64,000 nt of DNA from a virus. Below, in pieces: positions 37,958 to 45,997 of the stretch. Numbering within the stretch: the stretch's first letter is position 1; every line of letters begins with the position of its first letter. The notes beneath the pieces were generated by a model, which was not told the DNA's origin, searched no databases, and saw nothing but the letters and a program-made list of their open reading frames with translations. The stretch covers positions 32,001 through 96,000 of IMG/VR virus record IMGVR_UViG_3300027833_000001, one strand, 5' to 3'. A program made the translations under genes and the position numbers.

Positions 37958-38797
37958 ATGGCTGAAATACTCCACATGAAAACCAGAAAGGTTGATATAG
38001 AACAGATTCATGTATATGGATGTTCGATGCCAGCTGGTGATGAATTGACTGTTCCAAGAGATAAAGACTATGTTCCTTTGGCAGGAAAAGAACTATTGGC
38101 GTGCGAAAAATCTGACAAACGGCAAGCATTCCCAAAGACTGTTGGTGATCATTTTGATATACCAGTTATCAATAATGCATTTTGGGGTGCATCAAATGAG
38201 CAGAGTGCATACATCTTACTTGAAGATATAATGAAACAAAGAATAGAGCGCAACCATGCAGTGTTCTTTTGTGTTACAATGATAACCCGTATTATGCACT
38301 TTGATAAAGATGATGGACACCCAATGTCTTTACAATTGGGTAAACCAGATGTGCTGAATAAAATTGCAGATGATGAGACTATAGTTAATCATTATAACGA
38401 CTTTAAGATGTTGTACCAATACTACACAACGATGCATCAAGTTATGTTGTTATGTAAATCTATAGGTGCTCCATTGTTCTTCATACCGATGTATGAACAT
38501 CCTACATGGAACTTAATGAGAGACTATATTCCATATGATCGTAAACTTAAAAAGAAACCGGATATAGTCAGGAATGAATGGAAATTTAGAAAAATTATTG
38601 ATAATATAGCAAGAGAAATGAATGGAGTATCTCTTTGTATAAATCCTATACGTATTGCAACATTCAACTGGTATACCAACAGTTTAGAGGAAAAGGGTAA
38701 AAAATATTATAGTGCAGGAGGTCATCCTAATAAATATGCACATGACCAGTATGCACAGAGATTAATTGAATTGCTAACACCCGAAAAAGCTAAATAG
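37958..38797 (+). CDS. SGNH/GDSL-fold protein
   Basis: YGCSMPAG, NNAFWGASN, GGHPNKYAH. Confidence 0.65.
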   Translation: MAEILHMKTRKVDIEQIHVYGCSMPAGDELTVPRDKDYVPLAGKELLACEKSDKRQAFPKTVGDHFDIPVINNAFWGASNEQSAYILLEDIMKQRIERNHAVFFCVTMITRIMHFDKDDGHPMSLQLGKPDVLNKIADDETIVNHYNDFKMLYQYYTTMHQVMLLCKSIGAPLFFIPMYEHPTWNLMRDYIPYDRKLKKKPDIVRNEWKFRKIIDNIAREMNGVSLCINPIRIATFNWYTNSLEEKGKKYYSAGGHPNKYAHDQYAQRLIELLTPEKAK

Positions 38798-38801
38798 AAT
38801 T

Positions 38802-39110
38802 ATGAGCAATGTCATTCAGTTTCCATTGAATGCGAGATCACCAGAATATGAACCATCTGGTTATCGTATAAACCTTTACACGGAAGATCAAATAGAAGTG
38901 GTCTTACTCTGTGTCAACCTCTGTGAAGAGCAAGATTCCACAAAAAAATACGCGCGGAAGGATCTAAAATTAATGGATCCAGTATTCGTTATGGTCCGTA
39001 TGAACGTCTGTTTAGACAATAAATTTCTTTCACAACCAGCAAAGGAGGCGATCTTAAAAATTGTTAATTCAATCGAAGTAATTCCTATATCATCACTACA
39101 GCAAAAGTAA
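38802..39110 (+). CDS. hypothetical protein
   Basis: MSNVIQFP start; GCTAAATA late-like box upstream. Confidence 0.7.
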   Translation: MSNVIQFPLNARSPEYEPSGYRINLYTEDQIEVVLLCVNLCEEQDSTKKYARKDLKLMDPVFVMVRMNVCLDNKFLSQPAKEAILKIVNSIEVIPISSLQQK

Positions 39111-39141
39111 GTTTTCACTAACCAACTAGGATTACACAAAT

Positions 39142-39903
39142 ATGCCAAGACGGAAATCCAATCTTCAGGTAATTTCTCAATACGAAGATGAAATTCGCCA
39201 ACCACAAAAAAATAATCAATGTAAAATTAAAATTGATGACCTAAAGACAATAGGAGCCCTTACAGAAACTCAAGGTCAATTCTTCTCTCAATATCCCACA
39301 GCAAACGCTATGTTACTACATGGTTCAGCTGGTACAGGGAAAACATTCATAGCCCTCTATAAAGCACTAGAGGAAGTTCTAGATCCATCCTCCAGATACG
39401 AAAAAGTAGTCATTATTCGCTCGGCTGTCCCTTCAAGAGATATCGGACATTTGCCTGGCGATCAAGATGAGAAAACTGCTGTCTATATGCAACCCTATAT
39501 TGATATGTGCGAAAAACTTATTCCACAAAAACGGGGTTCATTCAAGCGGCTCATCGAAAATAAGTATGTGGAGTGGATGATTACCTCGTTTGTTAGAGGC
39601 ATAACTCTGGATAACGCAGTCATAATTGTTGATGAGTGCCAGAATATGAACGATATGGAGCTAAATTCAGTCTTGACAAGAGTGGGAGATAATAGTAAGA
39701 TAGTGATGTGTGGAGATTTTAGGCAGTCTGACCTATATAAGAATAGAGCAGATAATTCTGGCTTACAGAAATTTATGGTAATTGCGGAAGATATGAAGTC
39801 TTTCAAAATAATGGAGTTCACACCAGACGATATTGTTAGGAGCAAGTTCGTCAAAGAGTATATTGTAGCAAGAATGCGCTATGAGGATGTGCATGGTAGC
39901 TAA
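39142..39903 (+). CDS. phoH: PhoH-family ATPase
   Basis: GSAGTGKT, IGHLPG, SFVRGITL, IIVDECQN, CGDFRQSDL, DIVRS. Confidence 0.95.
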   Translation: MPRRKSNLQVISQYEDEIRQPQKNNQCKIKIDDLKTIGALTETQGQFFSQYPTANAMLLHGSAGTGKTFIALYKALEEVLDPSSRYEKVVIIRSAVPSRDIGHLPGDQDEKTAVYMQPYIDMCEKLIPQKRGSFKRLIENKYVEWMITSFVRGITLDNAVIIVDECQNMNDMELNSVLTRVGDNSKIVMCGDFRQSDLYKNRADNSGLQKFMVIAEDMKSFKIMEFTPDDIVRSKFVKEYIVARMRYEDVHGS

Positions 39904-39981
39904 GTCATTGATTTTGTTGACTTTAAATATTACGTAAAAAGCGTAAAAAAGGTTGACATTTGGCTATTGTTTTGCTATAAT
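39901..39981 (+). promoter_or_regulatory. IHF-like box plus early promoter giving a leaderless mRNA
   Basis: AATCAATGACTTA on the minus strand (39901-39913); TTGACA(39953)-N17-TATAAT(39976) with extended TG; ATG at 39988. Confidence 0.8.
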
Positions 39982-39987
39982 AGTCTT

Positions 39988-40650
39988 ATGAAAATATTTA
40001 ATCACTTAGATTTACCAGAACTTCCTAGTCTTTCCAGAAAGAATATTGATGGAAAGCGTATGTATTGTACCGATAGTGGTGATAGATATCCGTCTATCAC
40101 TACTGTCCTCTCCTGTCGTGGCAAGAAAGGTTTGTACGAATGGAGACAGCGTGTTGGATCAGTAGAAGCTGATAAAGTCAGTAAGAAAGCATCTACACGT
40201 GGTACCAAAATTCACAAGATATGTGAAGACTATATCAACAATGAACCTCTACCAGAACTGACCCTAGTCGAACAAGAGACTTGGAACACGTTTAGACCTG
40301 TTGTAGAGCGTATCGATAACATCCATCATGTAGAACCATTCATGTTCAGTAACCATCTTGGTATTGCTGGTCAGTGTGATTGTATTGCAGAGTTTGATGG
40401 TAAACTGTCTATTATAGATTTCAAGACCTCACGTAGACTCAAATCTCACAAAATGATATCAAGTTACTTTGCACAGTGTGCCGCGTATGCAATCATGTAC
40501 GAAGAGTTGACTGGCATTGCAATCAATAGAACTGTTATATTAATGGCAGTTGATGATGAGCAACCACAGATATTCATTGAGAAGCGTGATAATTATGTCG
40601 ATTATTTACTAGAAAGTAAACGTATGTTTGAAGCTGGTGAAATTGATTAA
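39988..40650 (+). CDS. PD-(D/E)xK exonuclease (T4-like marine phage core)
   Basis: YPSITTVL, EWRQRVG, RGTKIH, AGQCDCIAEFDG..IIDFKTS, QCAAYA. Confidence 0.9.
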   Translation: MKIFNHLDLPELPSLSRKNIDGKRMYCTDSGDRYPSITTVLSCRGKKGLYEWRQRVGSVEADKVSKKASTRGTKIHKICEDYINNEPLPELTLVEQETWNTFRPVVERIDNIHHVEPFMFSNHLGIAGQCDCIAEFDGKLSIIDFKTSRRLKSHKMISSYFAQCAAYAIMYEELTGIAINRTVILMAVDDEQPQIFIEKRDNYVDYLLESKRMFEAGEID

Positions 40651-40659
40651 TATGAGACT

Positions 40660-40667
40660 ACTAAATA
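40660..40667 (+). promoter_or_regulatory. late-type promoter upstream of tmRNA
   Basis: ACTAAATA. Confidence 0.5.
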
Positions 40668-40672
40668 GAACT

Positions 40673-40930
40673 ACTAGATTTGATGAAGCGTATATTAGGA
40701 AGTTTGGACGCGGGTGCAACTCCCGCCGCCTCCACCATAAGCACATTTTGACGAGTGTTCTTATGTTGGGGGCGAGTTAGGTTCGACAGGCAACTGAAGG
40801 TACGTGGAGAATCGGTGCGGAAGCTACCGTAAACGCAACAAAACCTATAAATGCCAACGATGAGGTATTTGCACTAGCCGCATAAGCTAGTCGGGGTATG
40901 GGATCCACCTTGTAATCCAACGGTCCCACT
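40673..40930 (+). ncRNA. ssrA: circularly permuted (two-piece) tmRNA; tag ANDEVFALAA
   Basis: T-arm and CGCCTCC-A-CCA (ends 40737) precede the 5' GGGGGCG (40768); G3.U70 pair; 30-nt intervening hairpin; pk1; resume codon at 40853, GCC AAC GAT GAG GTA TTT GCA CTA GCC GCA TAA. Confidence 0.92.
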
Positions 40931-40955
40931 TTTAAAGGCAAGAAGGATAAACTAT

Positions 40956-41534
40956 ATGCTTAAATCGACATTTATAACGATTAGCCCAATAATACTATTA
41001 TTATGTTTTCTTAATGGAGACAAAGAAGAAGTAAAACAGGAAGTCCAACTAAATGAGATTGAGATTGTAGAAGTAGTAGAACCATTACCACAAATTGATA
41101 AAAAAGAAATCCAATGTATGGCAATGAATATTTACCATGAAGCGAGGAACGAGTCTGAACTAGGACAAGTTGCTGTAGCCAATGTGACAATAAACAGAGC
41201 CAATTCTAAAAGATTTCCTGACACTATCTGTAGTGTTGTTTATCAAGCTAAAATGAGTAACTGGTGGAAACAAAATAAGAACAGAGATGTTCCTATAAGA
41301 AATGCTTGCCAGTTTAGCTGGTATTGTGATGGAAAATCTGATGTTGTACGTGAAGTTAAAGCGTATAAGGAAATAGAAAAGTTAGCAGAAGAAGTTCTGC
41401 AGGGATTACATAATGACAATACATATGGCAGTACACATTACCATGCACATTACGTTAATCCATACTGGGCAAGCAGTCTAGTGATGGTGTCACAAGTAGA
41501 CAGTCATATATTTTATATAAGTGGTAATAGATGA
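40956..41534 (+). CDS. cell wall hydrolase, SleB/Hydrolase_2 family
   Basis: CMAMNIYHEARNE, VANVTINR, FPDTICSVVYQ, CQFSWYCDG, THYHA.YV.PYW. Confidence 0.9.
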   Translation: MLKSTFITISPIILLLCFLNGDKEEVKQEVQLNEIEIVEVVEPLPQIDKKEIQCMAMNIYHEARNESELGQVAVANVTINRANSKRFPDTICSVVYQAKMSNWWKQNKNRDVPIRNACQFSWYCDGKSDVVREVKAYKEIEKLAEEVLQGLHNDNTYGSTHYHAHYVNPYWASSLVMVSQVDSHIFYISGNR

Positions 41535-42421
41535 GTTGTTATATTGTTACCGGTGGTTGTGGATTTATAGGTTCGCACTTGGTGGAAGCATTACTAGCCA
41601 CTGGTAATAAAGTTGTTGTGATTGATGATATGCGATCTGGTTCCCATGTGGTCAAGGATGAGAATGTCCAGTATGTCACGGAAGAAGTTTGTAGCGTAGA
41701 CATTGAAGGAAGATATGATGGTATATTTCATTTTGCTAACACACCCCGAATTAGACTAGCATACGAAAAACCATTGTTGGCTCTACGAAATGGAATTGAT
41801 CCAACAATTCATATTGCGGAATTAGCAAGAAAGTTCAAATGCCCCTTGTATTTTGCCTCAAGTTCTAGTACAATATACTCTGATAGAACATCTAATCCTT
41901 ACACTCTTTCTAAAGCGGTAAGTCAAGATATTCTTGATATGTATTGGGAGTTGTATAATGTACCATCACACATACTATATTTTTACAATGTGTATGGACC
42001 AAGAGAAGCAGATTATGGAATTCATAGCACTGTTATCAGATCATTTAAGAATGCTATTCAAATAGAATCTCCATTGCACATATATGGTACAGGGAAGAAA
42101 ACTAGAGACTTTACACACGTTGATGATGTTGTTGATGGGTTACTAAACCTAATACTGATGAAGAAGAAGCCAAGACACGCCCACTTTGGAACAGGCAATC
42201 CTTATTCAATAAAAGAGATTGCAGATGCATTTGAGCATCCTGTAGTATATGAGTTTGACAAGAAAGGAGAAGCACAAGATACTATATGTGAAACCCCTTT
42301 CATAGTAGCAAACTATGATGTTATTGACTACATCAAATTTTGGAAACGAGAGTTTGATGAAGCAAAGAAGTATTTTGAAGTTAAAGAAAAATTACAGGAG
42401 ATAGATAGCCGAAATGCCTAA
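41531..42421 (+). CDS. NAD-dependent nucleotide-sugar epimerase/dehydratase
   Basis: TGGCGFIGSHL, ASSS, PYTLSK (YxxxK), YNVYGP, RDFTHVDD. Confidence 0.9.
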   Translation: MSCYIVTGGCGFIGSHLVEALLATGNKVVVIDDMRSGSHVVKDENVQYVTEEVCSVDIEGRYDGIFHFANTPRIRLAYEKPLLALRNGIDPTIHIAELARKFKCPLYFASSSSTIYSDRTSNPYTLSKAVSQDILDMYWELYNVPSHILYFYNVYGPREADYGIHSTVIRSFKNAIQIESPLHIYGTGKKTRDFTHVDDVVDGLLNLILMKKKPRHAHFGTGNPYSIKEIADAFEHPVVYEFDKKGEAQDTICETPFIVANYDVIDYIKFWKREFDEAKKYFEVKEKLQEIDSRNA

Positions 42422-42701
42422 AGTAGTAGATGTAACAGCGGATAAGAATTCAATGAATGACCCCTTTCTCATAACAAAGGAATTCAAATCATCAATCGCG
42501 TTCTCACAACATATAGAGAGACTGGCTATTAAGACTGGTAGTTTCATTGATGCGATTGTTGATTATTGTGGTGCGAAAGATATCGATGTAGAGAGTGTTA
42601 AGAAGTTACTATCACCTTCATTGAAAGAAAAAATCAAAGCAGAAGCAGAGAACCTAAACTTATTGAAAGGTGGTAATAAGACGCACAAGTTACCAATTTA
42701 A
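42414..42701 (+). CDS. gp33: late promoter transcription co-activator
   Basis: FSQHIE..FIDAIVDYC..DIDVESV..L.PSLKEKIKAEA..LNLL; located before gp59/gp32. Confidence 0.9.
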   Translation: MPKVVDVTADKNSMNDPFLITKEFKSSIAFSQHIERLAIKTGSFIDAIVDYCGAKDIDVESVKKLLSPSLKEKIKAEAENLNLLKGGNKTHKLPI

Positions 42702-42702
42702 A

Positions 42703-43284
42703 ATGACCGAACCATTTGAAGTCTATAAACTTTACCTTGCACTGAAGTTACATTTCACAAAGAAAGACTATGACATTACCAAAACTAAAGGTGCTGTTAA
42801 GGTAAAGCAAGAAACATTCCTGAAACGTAAAGACCTTACTGCTATACGAAAGTTAGCTAGAGATTACAAACGGAGTGATATAATAGACTTCTTAGTAGCC
42901 AACTTTGTTAGTGGTGAAAAATGGGGTGGGTTATTTGATGTTGAAGCGAATAGAATATACAAGCAATGGTTAATCAGAAAAGGCAAGAGGGATTATACAT
43001 TCCAACAAGATGTGGAAGTAATCTTATTAGAAATGGAGAAGAGTGAAATTAAATCACCTTTTTATGAAAAAAGTTCTAAACACCCCTTGACTTTTAGATT
43101 ATACTATGCTAAAATGATCACAATTGAAACTCTTGTTATATTAGATAAGATTTTTAATTATGTAGATAGCGAAACGGATGATGTTTTTATTAGTGATTTA
43201 TCATTGATAATAAAGAAATATCGACCGTTCGTTAGAGTCACAGACAAAATGAAGTCTGCTGGCAAGTCCTTGGAAGTAGTATAA
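42703..43284 (+). CDS. gp59: helicase loader
   Basis: FEVYKLYLALKLHF..YD, FLKRKD, FLVANF, IETLVILD, KYRPF. Confidence 0.9.
   Translation: MTEPFEVYKLYLALKLHFTKKDYDITKTKGAVKVKQETFLKRKDLTAIRKLARDYKRSDIIDFLVANFVSGEKWGGLFDVEANRIYKQWLIRKGKRDYTFQQDVEVILLEMEKSEIKSPFYEKSSKHPLTFRLYYAKMITIETLVILDKIFNYVDSETDDVFISDLSLIIKKYRPFVRVTDKMKSAGKSLEVV
43087..43115 (+). promoter_or_regulatory. internal sigma70-type promoter
   Basis: TTGACT-N17-TAAAAT with extended TG, inside gp59. Confidence 0.45.
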
Positions 43285-43287
43285 ATA
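43280..43287 (+). promoter_or_regulatory. late promoter
   Basis: TATAAATA. Confidence 0.65.
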
Positions 43288-43302
43288 GGAGTATACTGAA
43301 AG

Positions 43303-43494
43303 ATGGGCAAGAAACGTAATCGCACATTTCAGTGTGGTGACGAAGAGAAGCGTGTTCGTAGAGTACCAAGTGCGGGTAAAACCAAACTTGACAAATACAA
43401 GCACTTATTATATGATGGAATATATGATGATGAGGAACTATATGACGAGTTTTGTTATCATACAGAAAAAATACATCGCAAATTAAGTACATAA
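43303..43494 (+). CDS. small hypothetical protein (basic N-terminus, acidic C-terminus)
   Basis: 63 aa between gp59 and gp32. Confidence 0.5.
   Translation: MGKKRNRTFQCGDEEKRVRRVPSAGKTKLDKYKHLLYDGIYDDEELYDEFCYHTEKIHRKLST
43388..43416 (+). promoter_or_regulatory. sigma70-type promoter for gp32
   Basis: TTGACA-N17-TATGAT. Confidence 0.7.
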
Positions 43495-43514
43495 CGTAAA
43501 CAATGGAGAAAAAT

Positions 43515-44432
43515 ATGTCTTTTAATTCACTTTCTGACCTCCGCAATTCCCGCGGCAACTTTAATTCTTTAATGAAAGAAGTTGAGAAAATGTCCACTAC
43601 AACCACAACACAATCCCGTGATGATGGTCGTGAGTGGAAACCCACAGTCGATCAAGCTGGTAATGGCTATGCTGTTATTCGATTCCTACCTGCACCAAAG
43701 GGAGAAGATTTCCCATGGGCAAGAATCTGGAATCATGGCTTTCAAGGCTCCACTGGCAAGTGGTATATCGAAAACTCTCTGACTACTCTTGGTCAACAAG
43801 ATCCAGTCTCTGAGTTAAACACCGAACTATGGAATAGTGGTGTTGATTCCGATAAAGAAATTGCACGTAAGCAGAAGCGTAGGCTTGCATACTATGCAAA
43901 CATTGTGGTTGTTAAAGATGCATCTAACCCTGCAAATGAAGGACAAGTATTCCTTTATAAGTTTGGTAAGAAAATCTTTGATAAGATTTCCGAAGCAATG
44001 AAGCCAGAGTTTGAGGACGAAACTCCTCTAAACCCATTCGACTTCTGGGAAGGTGTCAACTTTAAACTGAAGATTCGTCAAGTAGAGGGTTACCGAAACT
44101 ATGACAAGTCTGAGTTCGAAGCGACTACAACACCAGTAGCAGATAGTGATGACGCTATCGAAGCTATCTGGACAAAGCAGTATTCACTCGCTGAAATTAC
44201 TGATCCTAAGAACTTCAAATCATATGAAGCATTGCAAACTAAATTGCAACAAGTGCTTGGTGGAAGGGCTGTCCCTGCACCAGCGGCAAGTGTATCTTCA
44301 CAGACAGGTGATGTCGAAGATGATCTATTTGTAAAGAGTAACGGAGCAACTGATCCTGCCACAACTGTGGAATCAGCATCTACGGATGATGATGCATTAT
44401 CTTACTTTTCGAAGTTAGCCGATGAGGACTAA
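43515..44432 (+). CDS. gp32: single-stranded DNA-binding protein
   Basis: DQAGNGYAVIRFLP, HGFQ..GKWYIENSLTT, YKFGKKIFDKI, NPFDFWEG, NYDKSEF, acidic tail LSYFSKLADED. Confidence 0.97.
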   Translation: MSFNSLSDLRNSRGNFNSLMKEVEKMSTTTTTQSRDDGREWKPTVDQAGNGYAVIRFLPAPKGEDFPWARIWNHGFQGSTGKWYIENSLTTLGQQDPVSELNTELWNSGVDSDKEIARKQKRRLAYYANIVVVKDASNPANEGQVFLYKFGKKIFDKISEAMKPEFEDETPLNPFDFWEGVNFKLKIRQVEGYRNYDKSEFEATTTPVADSDDAIEAIWTKQYSLAEITDPKNFKSYEALQTKLQQVLGGRAVPAPAASVSSQTGDVEDDLFVKSNGATDPATTVESASTDDDALSYFSKLADED

Positions 44433-44457
44433 ATAGTTCTGTCAGTTTGTTCTACTA

Positions 44458-44484
44458 GGGGAGCATCGCGCTCCCCTTTTTTTT
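44458..44484 (+). terminator. intrinsic terminator
   Basis: GGGGAGC-atcgc-GCTCCCC followed by T8. Confidence 0.9.
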
Positions 44485-44497
44485 ACTTAGGGTTATT

Positions 44498-45997
44498 ATG
44501 CACGGAATAATATTTGGTGGCTTGTTAGAAGATTTGGGAATGGACTCCAGTATGGTAGCTATTCGTAGATCATCTGGTGCACATAAGATTGCTACCTTTT
44601 TACGAAATCATAATTATGATATTGAGGTTGTTGATTATATTCATCGATGGTCTTTAGATCAATTAAAAGAATTTACAATAAAGAAAGTTGATACAGAAAC
44701 TCTTTTCTTTGGCTTTAGTTCTACGTTTATGATTAGCACACCAGAGTTGATTGAGTTTGTTCATTGGCTCAAACATAGATACCCCAATATCAAACAAGTT
44801 ATCGGTAGTCAAAATCAAACAATGAAAGAACTACCATGTGACTGGTATATTTACGGGTATGGTGAGTACGCTATACTAGCACTCTTAGACCACTTTAAGG
44901 GAGGACCAGAGCCGATACACGAAGGAAATCTTATAAATGCATATACTAACTACAAGGCATTTCCTAAAGAAGACCTTTCTGTTCAATATACAGAGAGAGA
45001 TTTTATCCACGACAGGGAAATACTACTGTTAGAGATGGCAAGAGGATGTAAGTTCAAATGCTCTTTCTGTAGTTTTCCTATTCTTGGTGTGAAAGATGAT
45101 CATACAACCTCAGAACAATATTTCTACGATGAGATGTCGAGAAACTATGACAAATGGGGTACGACTCATTACATGGTTCTAGATGAAACATTCAATGATT
45201 CTAGTGAAAAGATTGCGAAGTATGCGGCTGCCTGTAGAAAACTTCCATTCCAACCTAAGATGACTGCTTATATTAGAGCAGACTTAATGGTATCTAGAAT
45301 ACAAGATTGGGACAACTTGATAGATATGGGAATCACTTCTCACTTTTATGGTGTTGAGTCTATGCATTTACCTTCAGCTAAATCAATTGGCAAAGGAATG
45401 AACAGTGGGCGAATACAAGATGGCTTGCTTCATGTAGATGAGTACTTCAGAAAGAATGCTGGCTTTTATAAAGGACATATATCTTTGATTGCTGGTTTAC
45501 CACATGAGACATTAGAAACTCTCAGAGAAACAAAAGACTGGTTAGAAAAGTATTGGATAGAAAATAGTTATCATATGAATCTATTGATGATTAAAGATTT
45601 AGATAAAAATGGCGCGTCACTGAATCATAACTCTGCTATGGATAAAGATTGGAAAAAATTTGGATACGAGAAAACTACTTTTCCAGAAGAGTGTGATATT
45701 GATTGGAGTAAAAGTTATAATCCATATTTCAAAAATCTCTATGAGTACGTGGATAAGTATGAATACTATTTGAAATGGAAAAATGAAAATTTAAGTCTTT
45801 ACGAGGTTACTAAATTTGCAGTTGAAGAATGGAGTCAAGCTAAACTTAAAAATGGTATTGATCCGTTTATGTATGATAAGTTCTTTATTGATCCCACAGT
45901 TAAGTGGAGTGACTTTGCTGAATTAAATCATTTAGAAAGAAGAACAGACCACATCAATGCTCATATAGATGACTATATAAGTAAGAAATTATCCTAG
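44498..45997 (+). CDS. B12-binding-type (class B-like) radical SAM enzyme
   Basis: RSSGAHKIATFLR..DIEVVDY, FFGFSSTF, RGCKFKCSFC, DETFND, GVES, IAGLPHET. Confidence 0.8.
   Translation: MHGIIFGGLLEDLGMDSSMVAIRRSSGAHKIATFLRNHNYDIEVVDYIHRWSLDQLKEFTIKKVDTETLFFGFSSTFMISTPELIEFVHWLKHRYPNIKQVIGSQNQTMKELPCDWYIYGYGEYAILALLDHFKGGPEPIHEGNLINAYTNYKAFPKEDLSVQYTERDFIHDREILLLEMARGCKFKCSFCSFPILGVKDDHTTSEQYFYDEMSRNYDKWGTTHYMVLDETFNDSSEKIAKYAAACRKLPFQPKMTAYIRADLMVSRIQDWDNLIDMGITSHFYGVESMHLPSAKSIGKGMNSGRIQDGLLHVDEYFRKNAGFYKGHISLIAGLPHETLETLRETKDWLEKYWIENSYHMNLLMIKDLDKNGASLNHNSAMDKDWKKFGYEKTTFPEECDIDWSKSYNPYFKNLYEYVDKYEYYLKWKNENLSLYEVTKFAVEEWSQAKLKNGIDPFMYDKFFIDPTVKWSDFAELNHLERRTDHINAHIDDYISKKLS

Noticed and set aside
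17878-38797. Selenocysteine or stop-codon recoding in the enzyme operon
   Set aside because: ORFs are full length in the standard code and TGA stops mostly fall in start/stop overlaps; I saw no split catalytic motifs.
17878-38797. Bacterial contamination or chimeric assembly of the biosynthetic cluster
   Set aside because: It has phage-style gene packing and late-type promoter boxes at both ends, and paralogs lie within core phage modules; read mapping would settle it fully.
39988-40650. Cas4/CRISPR interpretation of the exonuclease
   Set aside because: No array or other cas genes; it sits in the usual phoH-exonuclease-gp33-gp59-gp32 core block.
40706-40737. Apparent tRNA 3' end (T-arm plus CCA)
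   Set aside because: No anticodon arm upstream; it pairs with the downstream GGGGGCG and belongs to the permuted tmRNA.
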